Virus record (IMG/VR): IMGVR_UViG_3300004463_000226
Location: 1 to 64,000 of that record
Length of the DNA stretch: 64,000 nucleotides
Strand: one strand, 5' to 3'
The notes below the pieces were generated by a model. It worked only from the letters and a program-made list of their open reading frames with translations, was not told the origin of the DNA and ran no database searches. The translations under genes and the position numbers were made by a program. Below, in pieces: positions 37,815-48,129 of this stretch (positions within the stretch are counted from its first letter, which is position 1; each line of letters opens with the position of its first letter).

Positions 37815-39602
37815 TCATCTCCAGTCTCTATTACCTCGACGTGGATCTTCATCTTCTTCTTCAAGATGCATAAACTCTTCAGATAGCTGCTTAACACGGT
37901 CTTCATCAATGATCTCACCGTCAGTAGGCTCAATATCACCTTCTAACTCTCTACGAAGACGTTCAGCTTCATCTTCATTGTTAACTTTCACTTTAACAGT
38001 ATTTTCAATCTCGATATTATCATCTACCCTGATTGTATTACTGTATACTACTTCAGAATCATGTTCATTATCATCGAAATCTTGACCGTTGTTAGCATCC
38101 ATAATTGCATGCAGAGCTAAATCAGATTCACTAAGACCGTCTGTGAAATCTGAAGGATCAATTGATGCTGTTGCCATTAATGGAGATCTGAATGAAACTT
38201 CCATTGGATCAATAAATGCTTCAACTAACCCGTCACCATCTACGTCGCCAACAGTAACTTCAGTAACTACTTCAGAAGAATCATTTGCTTCCATGATGCT
38301 TACATAAGGATCTTCTTCTGAATGTTCAGAAACAATCTCCTTAACATCTTCTTCTACTTCTTCAATCAGTTCTGCCGCACTAACAATAGTATCGGCTACA
38401 CCTTCAGTACCTAATGCAAGATCAATTAACATAGCACCCATAGGTAGCTCATCATCCTTGGCAGGAATATCACCATCAGTATCACCATATGTTTTAGTGA
38501 TAATACGCATATGGGTTTCCTCAGTTTCAGTCTTCTTGTCAACCTCAATGATGTTAGTTTTCACTAGAGTAGATTCGGCTTCAGTGACTGCTTCCTCCTC
38601 TTTAATTTCCTCAATAGCATCTTTAAAAGATGATAATTCTTGATCATCATCGTCTTCATCAACAGGCTCAACATATTGAGGAGCTGCTTGAAGATCAATA
38701 CCTTTCATAGCTTCAAGCATTGCTAGTGTTTCATCGAATGCTTCATCTTGCGTTTCTTTATCAATAAAAGTTTCTTCTTCATACTTTCTTCTCATAGCTT
38801 TTACCTCCTTAGGATTTACATGTATAGTATTGTAAGGATACTCTAGTTTTTCTTCTTCTGGTTGCTCGGTGTCGTCTTCATCATCCCTAAACTCTTGTTC
38901 GGGTTTAGTGAGTTTATAAGCAAACTCCTTAGCAATCATGTTCTCATGTCTTTCTTGCTCCATCGTAATCTTTCTGCGAACATCCATAGCCGAATATTTC
39001 TTACGACACATAGGGCAATATAAGTTATGGAAGTCCTCATCATAATCTAAGATGGATTGATCTTGGGAACATAGTAACTCATCTCCTTGTACTCTATAGA
39101 TGTATGCAAAATCAAGAATTACTAAATCTCCATTATCACGATAACCCCAGTTGGTAAAGTTCTTCTTAACTGTTCCAACATCTCCAAGAAGATAACTAGT
39201 AGCGAGTTCAGCTAACACTTCCCTCAAATCTTCTTTTCTTTCATCAAACTCTTCCCTAGAGATAACAGTTACGTATTCACAAACTGATAGTAATTCGTTT
39301 GTTTCATATGTTTTAATAACATAAGGTTGTAATTCTTGTGATAATGTGAACTCATTGAGATTGTCCTGTAGACCCCATTTGTCTAGGGCAATCTTAAATA
39401 CATAGTTGTCAATGAGTATAGCTAGGCGGTTAGTACCTGGACCTAGCTCTGTATAATTAATACCATAAGCATTGAGGGTGTCTAGCATAGCAGACACCTT
39501 CATGTTATTGTCAGATATTACTACGTTCTTACATACCTTGTATAAGGCATCTAGAACTTCAGGTCTAAAATATTGATGAATACGACTTCTAATTCTAACC
39601 AT
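37815..39602 (-). CDS. Protein-kinase-like domain + Zn ribbon + long acidic tail
   Basis: ELGPGTNR (Gly loop), VFKIA (Lys), NLNE (alphaC Glu), LGDV...NWG (catalytic D/N), ILDFAY (DFG-like), C..D...CPMC. Confidence 0.7.
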   Translation of the reverse strand: MVRIRSRIHQYFRPEVLDALYKVCKNVVISDNNMKVSAMLDTLNAYGINYTELGPGTNRLAILIDNYVFKIALDKWGLQDNLNEFTLSQELQPYVIKTYETNELLSVCEYVTVISREEFDERKEDLREVLAELATSYLLGDVGTVKKNFTNWGYRDNGDLVILDFAYIYRVQGDELLCSQDQSILDYDEDFHNLYCPMCRKKYSAMDVRRKITMEQERHENMIAKEFAYKLTKPEQEFRDDEDDTEQPEEEKLEYPYNTIHVNPKEVKAMRRKYEEETFIDKETQDEAFDETLAMLEAMKGIDLQAAPQYVEPVDEDDDDQELSSFKDAIEEIKEEEAVTEAESTLVKTNIIEVDKKTETEETHMRIITKTYGDTDGDIPAKDDELPMGAMLIDLALGTEGVADTIVSAAELIEEVEEDVKEIVSEHSEEDPYVSIMEANDSSEVVTEVTVGDVDGDGLVEAFIDPMEVSFRSPLMATASIDPSDFTDGLSESDLALHAIMDANNGQDFDDNEHDSEVVYSNTIRVDDNIEIENTVKVKVNNEDEAERLRRELEGDIEPTDGEIIDEDRVKQLSEEFMHLEEEDEDPRRGNRDWR

Positions 39603-39625
39603 GAGCCACCTCTTATTAAATTATA

Positions 39626-40315
39626 TTATAACCCTACCCTTTGTGCTCTATGCAGTAGATCTAATTTAACTTTAGATCCGATTCTTTTTCTAATATACTC
39701 TTTAACATACATATCTGAAACATGAGTATCTATTCCATAATGCATAACGGATAATACAAATCTACGTGCATATCTAATAATCATATCAATGAACTCAGGA
39801 GTCATGATCTTATAATTGTAGAACTCACATATAGCGTTAGTGTACCTACTAATAAGATCAAATAATTCACGAGTATCTTTGTCTTCTGGGTATTGTTTAG
39901 CAAGCTCTGCAATTTCTTCTTGTTGTTCACGGGTCATCTTTTTGAGACCTTTCAAAGGTGGATTTACTCCTTCAGGAATAAATACATCCTCTACAAAAAT
40001 ATAACGATATTGAAGCTTCTTATATATCATAACATCTATAAGCTTTTTCATCGCTGGAATAGATTTATCTTCCCCTCCTTTATAATTATATACAAGAACC
40101 TGTATTAGTTTAGCACGAATATCCATATAAAGGTGGAAAGACAAAGCATCTTCAAGTACATCGAACTTTATAAGACTGTCCATTTCACGTAAACGATCTT
40201 TTGTATAAGCGTATAGTATTGTAAGATCTTCACGCCAAGGAGCACGGTACGCATCCACACGACTTTGTTTTCGAATTTCCATTTCACACTGTTCTTTTTC
40301 AGTTCTCTTTGTCAT
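39626..40315 (-). CDS. Hypothetical protein
   Basis: GGAGG RBS; operonic. Confidence 0.65.
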   Translation of the reverse strand: MTKRTEKEQCEMEIRKQSRVDAYRAPWREDLTILYAYTKDRLREMDSLIKFDVLEDALSFHLYMDIRAKLIQVLVYNYKGGEDKSIPAMKKLIDVMIYKKLQYRYIFVEDVFIPEGVNPPLKGLKKMTREQQEEIAELAKQYPEDKDTRELFDLISRYTNAICEFYNYKIMTPEFIDMIIRYARRFVLSVMHYGIDTHVSDMYVKEYIRKRIGSKVKLDLLHRAQRVGL

Positions 40316-40346
40316 TTTTGGCTTCCTCCAATAGAAATTATATTTT

Positions 40347-41327
40347 TTAGCCTCGCATTATATTAGCTGCTGTAAAGTTTGACATCTCTTCCTGATATGA
40401 ACCAAAGCTATCATGGTCATTATCCATACCCAGAGATATAAAGAATGCATCCCCAGCAGCATCCATCATCTTAGTTTTATCTTCGTCCTTATCTTTATTC
40501 TTCTTAGTTTGAGCTTTAAGAACTTTAGTCATACGCTTACTTAAACCTTTCTCTTTCATAAGCTTAACAGAGTTCCATCCACGCTCACCAAGATCTTGAT
40601 AAATACGTAAATCTTCAACAGTCTGACGATCCATATAGTTACCACGATAATAGATGATATCATCATCTTCTGTAGTATCTCTGACCATCTCATCGTATTT
40701 ACCATTAGCTATAGCTGTTACACTGATAGAGGCAACTTCCTCCTCTTCTTCCTCACGTTGTATAGAGTTCTTAGTTGCAAAATATTCTTCAAGGAAATCA
40801 ATGTTATCAATCTCCTTAACCTTATTGATACTGACTCGGTTGAAATGTCCTTTCTTGATTAACTTCTTAGCAATCTTATCCTCTTCCATGTCAGTATCAG
40901 CAACGATTTCTTCTTCTCCAGTCAAATCTTCTTCAAGGGCATCAAGAGTATCCTCTAGATTATCATAGTTAATCTTATTGATATTAATACTACTAACCAT
41001 GATTCCCTTCTTAAGAAGCATCTTATTATGCGGTGTATTCTTCATCCTTGGTTTAGCTGGAATGAAATCATCAATCGCATCATTATCAATCTTGATCTTT
41101 AGTAATTGTGGACTACCGTGTTTTACTGCAAGCATTGCCATATACTCATTATATATAGCAAGAGCAGCCATATAGTCTGCAATACTTTTATAACGCCGTC
41201 TTATTCTACGAGCTTCTTTCTCCAGTTCAGACGATGGTTCATCTTCAGTTCGATGATAATTATCTCCGAAGTCTGTAACATAAACTGTCTGTAGAAGTAA
41301 GACCTCTTCTCCCAACGAAATACGCAT
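40347..41327 (-). CDS. Hypothetical protein (early)
   Basis: Early motif at 41364; AGGAGGT RBS before MRISLG. Confidence 0.65.
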   Translation of the reverse strand: MRISLGEEVLLLQTVYVTDFGDNYHRTEDEPSSELEKEARRIRRRYKSIADYMAALAIYNEYMAMLAVKHGSPQLLKIKIDNDAIDDFIPAKPRMKNTPHNKMLLKKGIMVSSININKINYDNLEDTLDALEEDLTGEEEIVADTDMEEDKIAKKLIKKGHFNRVSINKVKEIDNIDFLEEYFATKNSIQREEEEEEVASISVTAIANGKYDEMVRDTTEDDDIIYYRGNYMDRQTVEDLRIYQDLGERGWNSVKLMKEKGLSKRMTKVLKAQTKKNKDKDEDKTKMMDAAGDAFFISLGMDNDHDSFGSYQEEMSNFTAANIMRG

Positions 41328-41435
41328 TGATTTACCTCCTAGCATTTATTCTTCTACCTCTATATAATATATACTTTTAATTCATAATGAAAATTGTTAA
41401 CACAATGAATCTCTCACTGTGTTAACAATCGTAAA

Positions 41436-42716
41436 TTAATTCTTACTTACTCTATCAAGCACCAACTTAGACCAATCATCTAATTGGTGTCTGAAACTAT
41501 CGTACATCATGAAATCTAAGAGCTTGATATTATGCTTATTCTCTTCACCTGAAGATAGTTTGTAGAACAGACCTGTGCAATCAGGTACTTTAAATTCAAA
41601 GACTACTCCAAAATGCTCTAGTCCTACATGGTTCTTTCTATCGTTGATGAGGAACTTAGGTGTAATGTCAAAAGTAAGTTCGCCATCATATTTAACTTCC
41701 TCTCTAAACTCACGTTCAAGATTTCTAGAAAGGAATTCTAGCTGTGACGTAATATAAGCTTCTGGTCCAAAATCAACATGTCCTTGAACCATGGTGTATT
41801 TATTTTGTATGCGGTTTTCAGAGCTACCATTAGTATCAAGTAAGATAACTCTGTTTCCATCAGTAATATATGCTGCAACAACCAACTGCTTATATTCAGG
41901 ATTGTATTCAAGATGCTTTCTCTTCATATATGTAAATCTACTATCCTCAGGGAAAGACATTGTATTTGAGAAATATACCTGGTTACTAAATTCATTTGGA
42001 TATGCTGCAATACCGTCAACATCATTAAGCTCTGTAAGAAGAAGTCTAAATTCATCAGAATGAAACCAACTATTCATTCTTGACTTGAATGCGATAACAT
42101 ATTCATCATACTTTGGATCTGTGAGTTTCTTTGTTATTTCTTCACGAATCACAAAGTGCTCATCTGAATTTATAGGGTAGTTATACAATTCTACCTTCAA
42201 CTCATCCAAAGACATTGAAGCAAAACTAGATATTTTACTTACAGTAATGTCTGGTTCAATGACATTTACAGCAACTGCTTTATTAGATATGTCCTCGGAT
42301 TGAACAGAAGCATCCATTAGAGATGCTGTAAACCCAGATACATCAAATTTCCTTTGTTTATCAAGAAGCATTTCATTTATCTTGGATACTGATTCCAATA
42401 CTTTCGGATCAGGATTAGTTAGTGCTTCATGTACAGTTTCAGGATTCAAACCTAAACCCTTGATTATTGTATCAAACATGCCTTCAACGCCATTAAGTAA
42501 ACCATTTTTATTAACATCATTAGATGTTCTTAGTTCTAATATACGTTCATTGAATAGTGCCAGTGGCTGCACTATTTCAGGATCAGATAAAATCCTCTCG
42601 AACAATTCTTGATCATAAGAGTTTAATTTTCTCAACATAGAGCCTAGCATTGATCTCATTGTTGTTTCAACCAATTTCATTTCTGCTCCAGTTTCCATTA
42701 GATTTTCATTTTCCAT
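41436..42716 (-). CDS. Nudix-fold hydrolase with N-terminal extension
   Basis: YKQLVV..YI, QGHVD...LEREFREEV Nudix box, HFGVVF, DWS; paralog of 60718-61515. Confidence 0.75.
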   Translation of the reverse strand: MENENLMETGAEMKLVETTMRSMLGSMLRKLNSYDQELFERILSDPEIVQPLALFNERILELRTSNDVNKNGLLNGVEGMFDTIIKGLGLNPETVHEALTNPDPKVLESVSKINEMLLDKQRKFDVSGFTASLMDASVQSEDISNKAVAVNVIEPDITVSKISSFASMSLDELKVELYNYPINSDEHFVIREEITKKLTDPKYDEYVIAFKSRMNSWFHSDEFRLLLTELNDVDGIAAYPNEFSNQVYFSNTMSFPEDSRFTYMKRKHLEYNPEYKQLVVAAYITDGNRVILLDTNGSSENRIQNKYTMVQGHVDFGPEAYITSQLEFLSRNLEREFREEVKYDGELTFDITPKFLINDRKNHVGLEHFGVVFEFKVPDCTGLFYKLSSGEENKHNIKLLDFMMYDSFRHQLDDWSKLVLDRVSKN

Positions 42717-43430
42717 TTAAATTTCCTCCTTTAATCTATCTAACATACTGTTCTGGGGCTTTTTACTTTTCACATAGACGCCATATCCCTCTTGAATTGC
42801 TTTATCACATAAAGCATTCTGTAGATAAATAAATAGAAACTGGTCTTTAGTGAGTTTAACCTTATTAAACTTCTCGAACTTCTTCTTCAAATCATCTACA
42901 TTCTTTTTAGCTATGTGTGAGTTAATGTGGAAGAAACTAACTGTATGACCAGCGTTACGTATCTTAGTGAGAAATTTAAAAGCCCTTTTAAATTCTTCCT
43001 GATGCATAACTGGTTGCTTAGTGCTTGATATAAACACACCTTTTTTAGCAGTACGTATCCAGTTATATATCCATTTAGTTAATGACATATAGCAAAGCAT
43101 TGAATCTGTGTAAAGCTTTATATTAACATTCTTAAGAACCCCGCCTTCAACGTATAACCAAGTATGCTCTAATGCATTTGCAATTGCATTGATTTCAGCA
43201 AACTGATTACTACCTCTGCGATATGTAAGATTCTTGTGGACAAGTTCTTTCTTATCATTGAAAAACCTAAATGAACTTATAGACAGATATTTCCGTCTAA
43301 CTTCATCTTCTGGATCTTTCTCCTCATCTTTTTTCTCATCCTCATTTTCTTTCTTAGGAAGCTCATCATCAAATGAGCCTCCGTCAGTAAATAGTAATAT
43401 TTCTTTAGTTAAATGCATATATTCACCCAT
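42717..43430 (-). CDS. rnhA: Ribonuclease HI
   Basis: LFTDGGS, NQFAEI.A, LYTDS, W...W, HINSH and N..CD give the DEDD catalytic set. Confidence 0.9.
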   Translation of the reverse strand: MGEYMHLTKEILLFTDGGSFDDELPKKENEDEKKDEEKDPEDEVRRKYLSISSFRFFNDKKELVHKNLTYRRGSNQFAEINAIANALEHTWLYVEGGVLKNVNIKLYTDSMLCYMSLTKWIYNWIRTAKKGVFISSTKQPVMHQEEFKRAFKFLTKIRNAGHTVSFFHINSHIAKKNVDDLKKKFEKFNKVKLTKDQFLFIYLQNALCDKAIQEGYGVYVKSKKPQNSMLDRLKEEI

Positions 43431-43434
43431 ATTA

Positions 43435-43758
43435 TCACCCTACCCGAAGAATACTGTGAGTATTTCCATCTTTGAATATTGCAGACCATACTTCAATTTT
43501 ACTACTATAATCATATGGTCTAGTTCCAGGATCTGTTTCAATTTTAACAAACATACCTTTATTTTTAAATACATCAGCAATGACAGTAATTATTTCAGGT
43601 GTTAATTGATCTCTGACAGCAAATGCTTGTTCTATTGCTGTGAAAAACATTGTAGGACCTTTCTTTCTCTTAATAATTGCCCCGTGTGCAGATTGTCTGT
43701 CACTTAATCCTTTGTGCGTAAACATATCTCTTACTGCATTTACTTTATTTACTCCCAT
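43435..43758 (-). CDS. Hypothetical protein
   Basis: GAGGA RBS; operonic. Confidence 0.6.
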   Translation of the reverse strand: MGVNKVNAVRDMFTHKGLSDRQSAHGAIIKRKKGPTMFFTAIEQAFAVRDQLTPEIITVIADVFKNKGMFVKIETDPGTRPYDYSSKIEVWSAIFKDGNTHSILRVG

Positions 43759-43926
43759 TTAATTCCTCTCCCTTTTTTGACAATTTAGTGTATAAAAAAC
43801 TTAAACTATAAATTAATAATCACACCCGTTGTGTGTTTATGTGGCTTTTGTCATTTAGTTGCCCTCCGTATTCGCAAGATAAAAACATATACTCTAGTTT
43901 ATTCTAGAGTATATGTTTTTAACGTT

Positions 43927-44595
43927 TTACTTTTCTATTACATCACTTAATGGTTGAGGGAAACTCATGCCATCTACTTCAAGATAAATATACTTTTTTT
44001 CTAGAATAGACGTATCTTGTGCAGCAACATCCTTAGACATTGATAATTTGATTTCTAGCATATCTAATAAATCTTGAGAAATATATGGTTCATATTCTTG
44101 TAAGAACTCAATGAACTCTCCTTTTACAGATTGTAAAGGTATGAATACTTTTCCCATATGAACAAGATCATGAACTGTAATTGATAGCGGAATCAATCCA
44201 ACCTTATTCTGGAAGTGAACTTTCATTACTTCTTCAGCAATTAAAATAGGATTGAGCTTTTGCTCATTCTGTATCCACTTCTCTAATATAATTTGAGTAA
44301 TATCAAATAAAGTGAATGGTTCATGATGGATCTCAATAGAAACTTTTGCTCCATCTTTCTTGGTAATGTTGTTAAAGTATGAGCACTGAGTCATGTCTAT
44401 ATATTTACGTAGGAACGCAATATATTCCTTGTACTCCATAGAACTGCGAACAGTTTGCTCAATCTTTTTAATAAACTTGACTTTATCCCTGTCAGTTAGA
44501 ATATTGATATGTGGTTCTATCTTAGGGACATCTTTAATCTTGACTGTCTCGAACAATGAGTCGTTTTTGTAATTTTCTAGATCGGGTAACCTCAT
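43927..44595 (-). CDS. HNH-like protein, paralog of 31778-32437
   Basis: FIK.IE.TVR.S.EY..YI, C, EIHHEPFTLFD, V.L..LS.TVHDLVH; terminator at 43881-43920. Confidence 0.6.
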   Translation of the reverse strand: MRLPDLENYKNDSLFETVKIKDVPKIEPHINILTDRDKVKFIKKIEQTVRSSMEYKEYIAFLRKYIDMTQCSYFNNITKKDGAKVSIEIHHEPFTLFDITQIILEKWIQNEQKLNPILIAEEVMKVHFQNKVGLIPLSITVHDLVHMGKVFIPLQSVKGEFIEFLQEYEPYISQDLLDMLEIKLSMSKDVAAQDTSILEKKYIYLEVDGMSFPQPLSDVIEK

Positions 44596-44722
44596 TGTAT
44601 TTCACCTCTCTTTCTTTAGAATGTTCAGTTTCCCAAATAAAATATGACAATGACCCTGGCTTATGGGGATTAAAAATACCCGTGACAGCCGCTTTGATAT
44701 GGTAATCTAAACTACGTATCAC
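44534..44722 (-). CDS. Small ORF overlapping the start of the HNH-like gene
   Basis: GAGGTG RBS with GTG start, directly below a late-type motif at about 44743. Confidence 0.35.
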   Translation of the reverse strand: MIRSLDYHIKAAVTGIFNPHKPGSLSYFIWETEHSKEREVKYNEVTRSRKLQKRLIVRDSQD

Positions 44723-44754
44723 TATATCACCTCACTTATTTATTTAAACTATTG

Positions 44755-45204
44755 TTATTTCAGTGCAAATAATAAGTCGATGATACTATCCATATTAAAG
44801 TAGTCTTCGACAAATACACATGACTCTGGTGTAGTTAAATCCTCTTCCATTCGGTTAAATAGAGAAAATAATTTACTTACTATTATCTTCTCTTCAATAC
44901 TAAGTTTAACAAATTCCAATTCATTTAATAATTCTTTAGTAGACTCCATGATATTTCTTAGTCTATCTCTTCCTATAATAGATAGATCCATTAAATCTTG
45001 CTCACAGAGAACCTTCCCGTAATGATCATATACAGACAACTCCATTATATGGAAATCATTACTAGTCTTAAACTGCTCGCTTAATATTCGAGGGTCTACT
45101 TCTTGTACAGAGTACTTGTTGGGTCTTTCTTTTAAGAAACGCTTTAAGATTTTTTTCTCTTCTGTATATCCTACAAACTTGTCACGTCTGAATATGAGAT
45201 ACAT
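44755..45204 (-). CDS. Hypothetical protein, paralog family A
   Basis: Shares an N-terminal beta-hairpin/helix and an LNE..F.K....E...V helix with 45492-45971 and 50146-50664. Confidence 0.65.
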   Translation of the reverse strand: MYLIFRRDKFVGYTEEKKILKRFLKERPNKYSVQEVDPRILSEQFKTSNDFHIMELSVYDHYGKVLCEQDLMDLSIIGRDRLRNIMESTKELLNELEFVKLSIEEKIIVSKLFSLFNRMEEDLTTPESCVFVEDYFNMDSIIDLLFALK

Positions 45205-45219
45205 GAATATTTCACTTCC

Positions 45220-45489
45220 TTAAGGTATGAATAACTTCATTTTCCCTGATATCAAATAGCTATAGTCATATTGCTGTACTCGATAATTAGTGGCATCTTT
45301 TAGCCCAAACTCAACAGTTACAGTTCCTTGATTGGCATTACTGTAGACAATAACACCTAACTCTTCTTTACCATTGTCCTCAATAGTAACAAACTTTCCT
45401 GATAGATTATAATAAAAATATTGACCTAATTGAAGAAGCTCTTCGTGGATCTGTTTAGCTCTTAATAATTTTTCCCCAAGGTCTTTCAT
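45220..45489 (-). CDS. Hypothetical protein (SH3/KOW-like beta barrel possible)
   Basis: GKFVTI...GVIV...VTVEF strand pattern. Confidence 0.55.
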   Translation of the reverse strand: MKDLGEKLLRAKQIHEELLQLGQYFYYNLSGKFVTIEDNGKEELGVIVYSNANQGTVTVEFGLKDATNYRVQQYDYSYLISGKMKLFIP

Positions 45490-45491
45490 CT

Positions 45492-45971
45492 CTATCTCTC
45501 CTCTTTATATAATTCCTTTAAAACATCAATAATAAATTCTTCTGGATTGAAGAATTTATAATGAGGATCTTGCTCACAAGTATACTCTTCATAAATATTC
45601 TCTGTCATCATAGCTATCTCTCTGAGAAAAGGAACTACTACATCTAATTCATCATCTTTAAACTTAATAAATTTGATTTCATTTAGCATTACTGTGAGCA
45701 TATCTATTATTTCTAAATATAACTCATAACACTTAGTATGGACATCATCTTCCTCAAACTCAAATAAATAGACTCCCTGATATTCAAATATATCAGTACC
45801 TGAAAGATACAAATCCCTCTTACCTTTTTCATCAAAGAACTTTTCCTTAAACTTCTCAACAAAAAGTGGTTGGAAGTATCTTCTCTGTTTAACGATTCCT
45901 TCAGCCATATGCTTAAAGGTGGTGTGTCCCATGAACTTACCTTTTCTATTATATAAGACGTATATTGCCAT
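45492..45971 (-). CDS. Hypothetical protein, paralog family A
   Basis: See 44755-45204. Confidence 0.65.
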   Translation of the reverse strand: MAIYVLYNRKGKFMGHTTFKHMAEGIVKQRRYFQPLFVEKFKEKFFDEKGKRDLYLSGTDIFEYQGVYLFEFEEDDVHTKCYELYLEIIDMLTVMLNEIKFIKFKDDELDVVVPFLREIAMMTENIYEEYTCEQDPHYKFFNPEEFIIDVLKELYKEER

Positions 45972-46213
45972 TATTGACGCAACCCACTTTTCTCATATAG
46001 TTTCTTAAGTTTAATCACCTTCTTTAAATCATCTTCATCCTCAGCTTTCTTCATCTTCTTAACTTTACTCTTAAGTATACTTAAAGCATGTTTTCTAAGG
46101 TCTTCATTCTGTGAACTAAGCTTTAGATGCTCAGAATGCTTCTCCCATTGTTTGAGAGCACCATCAATATTATTGACATATCTTTCAACTACATGAGCTT
46201 CTGATTTTTTCAT
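45971..46213 (-). CDS. Basic helical hypothetical protein (early)
   Basis: Early motif at 46245; AGGAGG RBS. Confidence 0.65.
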   Translation of the reverse strand: MKKSEAHVVERYVNNIDGALKQWEKHSEHLKLSSQNEDLRKHALSILKSKVKKMKKAEDEDDLKKVIKLKKLYEKSGLRQ

Positions 46214-46286
46214 GTGCCATTCCTCCTATCTGTTTATCACACTTATAATATATAAATATAAAAAAAATAAGGGTAAAGCTTTACCC

Positions 46287-47255
46287 TTATATATCCCTTA
46301 CGTCTTTAATAAATGCAAGTTCTGGTCTACTTAGTGGGAATGATAAGTACCCGCCAGAAGATTTATATATTGGTCGGAACTCTCCACTAAGGTTAGTAAC
46401 TGCATAGAAGATATTGCCTTTATCTGTAACTACTTGACGAATCATTGAGTGAGCTACATCTTCATCCAGATATGATTTAGCAATATAACTATCAATATCC
46501 CATTTGTGTAATGGTGTTAATTCTTTACCGTCAACGAATATAACATTTGAAGTTCTGAACTTCTTAGAGAAGAATACTCGGAATAATCCTCCATTAGTAA
46601 CTTCACCATCAACAAGTCTTGCTTTAGAGTTAGCATTAAGGATTAACTTCTTGCCATTATTGAAGAAACTTTCAACCTCATTCTTTTCATTACGCTCAAA
46701 TAAACGTAATGAAACTAATCTGTTGGGGTTAAAGCAATACTTAGGGATCAACTGTTCAACCATTTCACAATCAAATACTTCTATAGCATGATGAACTGCA
46801 CCGAATAACTGAAATGGTATTGTATCAATAGATGAGAATTTATATAAAGCTACAACTTCCATCATATCCATTCCCATTGTCCCTTGAGGCTGAACATTAG
46901 TTACTTGGAATACTACGAATTTAATAGGATCATAGTATTTATCAAACGGTAGCTTGTATCCATATACTATATAGTTACCTTGATCCACATAAATCTTAGA
47001 AAGATGGAATGGCTGGAATCCGTCACGTTCACAATCATTTGTAGCAATAGCAAACGGTTTAGTGCCATCAAATCTTGTCATTAAATGAATTTCTCTATTT
47101 CTATAAAGATACTCTTTGAAGTAAGTGTTTAGAGATCCTTTATAAATACCTCGTTCAATAACACCAGCGATCATATACTTAATTCCCACTTTTACATCAC
47201 ATGGTTTAGTTTGATCAGTTGCCATTAACTTGTCTTGTGTCTCGAATAGTAACAT
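46287..47255 (-). CDS. Hypothetical protein
   Basis: GGGGGT RBS before MLLFET; the ORF-track start at 47312 runs through the upstream terminator (47290-47309). Confidence 0.65.
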   Translation of the reverse strand: MLLFETQDKLMATDQTKPCDVKVGIKYMIAGVIERGIYKGSLNTYFKEYLYRNREIHLMTRFDGTKPFAIATNDCERDGFQPFHLSKIYVDQGNYIVYGYKLPFDKYYDPIKFVVFQVTNVQPQGTMGMDMMEVVALYKFSSIDTIPFQLFGAVHHAIEVFDCEMVEQLIPKYCFNPNRLVSLRLFERNEKNEVESFFNNGKKLILNANSKARLVDGEVTNGGLFRVFFSKKFRTSNVIFVDGKELTPLHKWDIDSYIAKSYLDEDVAHSMIRQVVTDKGNIFYAVTNLSGEFRPIYKSSGGYLSFPLSRPELAFIKDVRDI

Positions 47256-47315
47256 ATTTATACCCCCAGTAAATTTATCAAATAAAATAGGACTAGCATA
47301 TGCTAGTCCCATGTA

Positions 47316-48041
47316 TTACGCAATGTTTTCAAAAGCTTTAAAGTTAGTCCGTAGAAAATCCACTATCGTTTCATGGATTGTATCTATAGGTAACATTTCA
47401 CCATTAGGTGTACATTCAATACGATGCCAGCCGCAGTACTTAATAACACGGTCTCTGACACCATATACATCTTTTAGATGGTCAATATTTTCATGAATAT
47501 CTTCCATCGGTTTACCTTCATATCGCTTCATAATATTAGATACAGATATTTCAGGTTTTACATCCAAGTAGAACACTGCATCTGGATGAGGTAATCCTAA
47601 GTCAATATACTCAAGTTCCTCAATCCATTGAATATAACCTTCAATGTTATTCTTGTTAGTGAGGTTACCTGCTTGGTGAAGAATATTTGAAGTAGTATAT
47701 CTGTCACAGATTACATGTGTTCCTTCTTTGAGATGTTCAATGAGGGATTTACCGCTATACACCTGCTCAATAAATGATGAAACACGGTCAACAGCATAAA
47801 ACGATGATATCTGTTTAATATATTGGATATTGTCTTCCTGATGATACATGTTCTTAAACTGTCCGTCCAAGTATTTCCTAACAAGAACTGAAGATTCATT
47901 AGCATAGTTAGGAAATGATACAATAATAACAGGGATATTAGAAGCCTCTAGTCTTCTATATAACTTTATCGCCTGTGTATTTTTACCACTACCATCTAGC
48001 CCTTCAATGCCAATAACTCTTCCTGAATATCCTAGTGTCAT
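47316..48041 (-). CDS. tmk: Thymidylate (dTMP) kinase
   Basis: IEGLDGSGK.TQ P-loop, FP.Y, YAVDR, CDRY..SN, P.PD.VFYLD. Confidence 0.92.
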   Translation of the reverse strand: MTLGYSGRVIGIEGLDGSGKNTQAIKLYRRLEASNIPVIIVSFPNYANESSVLVRKYLDGQFKNMYHQEDNIQYIKQISSFYAVDRVSSFIEQVYSGKSLIEHLKEGTHVICDRYTTSNILHQAGNLTNKNNIEGYIQWIEELEYIDLGLPHPDAVFYLDVKPEISVSNIMKRYEGKPMEDIHENIDHLKDVYGVRDRVIKYCGWHRIECTPNGEMLPIDTIHETIVDFLRTNFKAFENIA

Positions 48042-48129
48042 GTTTATACAACTCCTTCTTTTTCTACTATTAAATAGTTAGGCTAGAAATAAAAAATAAA
48101 AAGGAGATGGGAATCCATCTCCTTGGTTA

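Noticed and set aside
43805-43860. RBS plus a 5-codon ORF (MTKAT) and a CACAC/GTGTG hairpin as an attenuator
   Set aside because: Too short and weak to separate from chance; no alternative antiterminator structure seen.
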